Part shown: positions 62,976 through 64,000 of the stretch, piece by piece
Layout: each line of letters opens with the position of its first letter
Position numbering within the stretch: the stretch's first letter is position 1
DNA from: an uncultured Pelagibacteraceae bacterium
Lineage (GTDB): Bacteria; Pseudomonadota; Alphaproteobacteria; Pelagibacterales; AG-422-B15
DNA length: 64,000 bases
Assembly: GCA_902523455.1 (NCBI GenBank)
Contig: CABYZG010000001.1
Coordinates: 251,023 to 315,022 of the forward strand
Reading direction: 5' to 3'
The notes under the pieces: model-generated
Databases searched by the model: none
Seen by the model: the letters and a program-made list of their open reading frames with translations, nothing else
Told to the model about the DNA's origin: nothing
Program-made: the position numbers and the translations under genes

Positions 62976-64000
62976 TTAATTCATTGCCAGCATATTTAAG
63001 GCCTTAAGCTGAGTATTGATTTCTGCAATTTGAGCTTTTAATAAATCATTTTCAGTCTGAATTGTTTCATTCTTTGCCATCACTGCATCAATTTTATTCT
63101 CTAGTAAGAGATTGTCATCTCTTGCTTCCCTAACAGGCTTTGGAGCACCAAACTTAAATGTAATACCTGCCTTGAGTGTTGCATCATCACCTTCACCGTG
63201 AACAACTGATGCAGCTCCTATGTTAAATGATGCTTTTTGAAATAATTCAGGCATGGAGTCAACGAATGAGTAGTTGGCAAAATCAAAACCACATCCACCA
63301 GATATTGCTGAGGCACTGTCATGAAATCCAGTACCAAGACCACAAGTATAGCCAGCACCCTCTGCTCCAGTTGGTAGTGATGCAAATGCAGCGCCTAATG
63401 CAACAGAACTATCAATTTTTCCCATCACATCTTCACCATCTATTAAAAGATTTGTACCTGATGGGATATTAATATCGATTCTGCTTCCAGATGAATCTGT
63501 CGCATATAATTGCTGACGACCGCCAGATTCAATTGTTACGAGAGAGTTCTCACCAATATGAACACTTCCGTCAGGTTTATTTTCAATAAGTGTATTTCCA
63601 TTTGAGTCAGATATATCAAGAGATCCTAGGATGGTTGTTGTGCTTCCATCCTCTGCATCAGTACCTGTTGAAATGATAGCATCGCCACTACTGTTGCTAT
63701 TTCCATATTGTAAAAAGGTTGTTCCAGAAGTAGTAAATGTATGATCACTTGTTATAGCAGAGTTCGTTGCAATATTATAGGCAACCATTTTGTTATGAGT
63801 AGCAAGTGGAATATATATAATGCTATTAAATTCATCAACAAATGCAGTACCTGATTGATAACCACCATTAACACCAGTGTAATGTGTAAGTAATAGTGTA
63901 GATGTATTAGTCTCAGTATTGTGACTTCTAAACTCTATTTTACCACCTGAGTCAGCATACGGTGTATAGCTATAAACCGTATCTGCATAAATTTGATGTG
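62976..64000 (-). CDS. C-terminal part of a large S/T/G/N-rich fibre- or adhesin-like protein (gene continues beyond the right edge)
   Basis: I translated upstream of the track start (63788) by hand, and the frame stays open to position 64000. There is a Gly-rich segment VALGAAFASLPTGAEGAGYTCGLGTGF...LKAGITFKFG. It is followed by a ~50-aa heptad-like tail (LLLENKIDAVMAKNETIQTENDLLKAQIAEINTQLKAL). Confidence 0.7.
   Translation of the reverse strand, partial: HQIYADTVYSYTPYADSGGKIEFRSHNTETNTSTLLLTHYTGVNGGYQSGTAFVDEFNSIIYIPLATHNKMVAYNIATNSAITSDHTFTTSGTTFLQYGNSNSSGDAIISTGTDAEDGSTTTILGSLDISDSNGNTLIENKPDGSVHIGENSLVTIESGGRQQLYATDSSGSRIDINIPSGTNLLIDGEDVMGKIDSSVALGAAFASLPTGAEGAGYTCGLGTGFHDSASAISGGCGFDFANYSFVDSMPELFQKASFNIGAASVVHGEGDDATLKAGITFKFGAPKPVREARDDNLLLENKIDAVMAKNETIQTENDLLKAQIAEINTQLKALNMLAMN

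Noticed and set aside
62903-64000. Calling the right edge a prophage outright.
   Set aside because: Only one fibre-like gene fragment is visible. There is no integrase, terminase, capsid gene or distal att in the window, so I report it only as a hypothesis.

Overview
This is an AT-rich (about 30% GC by eye), extremely gene-dense alphaproteobacterial chromosome segment. Gene content and synteny include ctaD-ctaB-ctaG-ctaE-surf1-thrC, thrB-rnhA, a split F0 operon (atpI-like, a, c, b-prime, b), dsbA-smc, dciA-like/mutY/ccrM, petABC, pgeF-DUF185-lgt, carAB and yqeY-dnaG-rpoD. Streamlining is strong: many 1-17 nt gene overlaps, spacers of a few bp, and divergent start codons only 21-45 bp apart. 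Together these look like a SAR11/Pelagibacterales-type genome, which is an inference, not a database result. I call about 70 protein genes and 2 tRNAs, almost all core housekeeping. I saw no rRNA, CRISPR array, transposase or integrase. The only accessory-looking locus is the right edge (about 62.0-64.0 kb). There a tRNA(CAT) is followed by a perfect 52-bp copy of its own 3-prime half, 746 bp downstream. The two copies bracket a tiny integrase-less cassette: a PaaI-type thioesterase ORF plus about 220 bp of non-coding DNA. The cassette carries a paired TGCGGGA-N4-TGCGGGA motif near each end. Beyond it lies the C-terminal part of a large fibre/adhesin-like gene that runs off the window. This looks like the edge of a tRNA-targeted integration hot spot or genomic island. 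Several core genes also show oddities. DnaG primase has lost 3 of the 4 canonical zinc ligands. The SMC protein (863 aa) has no recognisable hinge domain. Three GANTC sites cluster in the ccrM promoter region. An unlisted 34-aa membrane ORF is translationally coupled between ctaB and ctaG.
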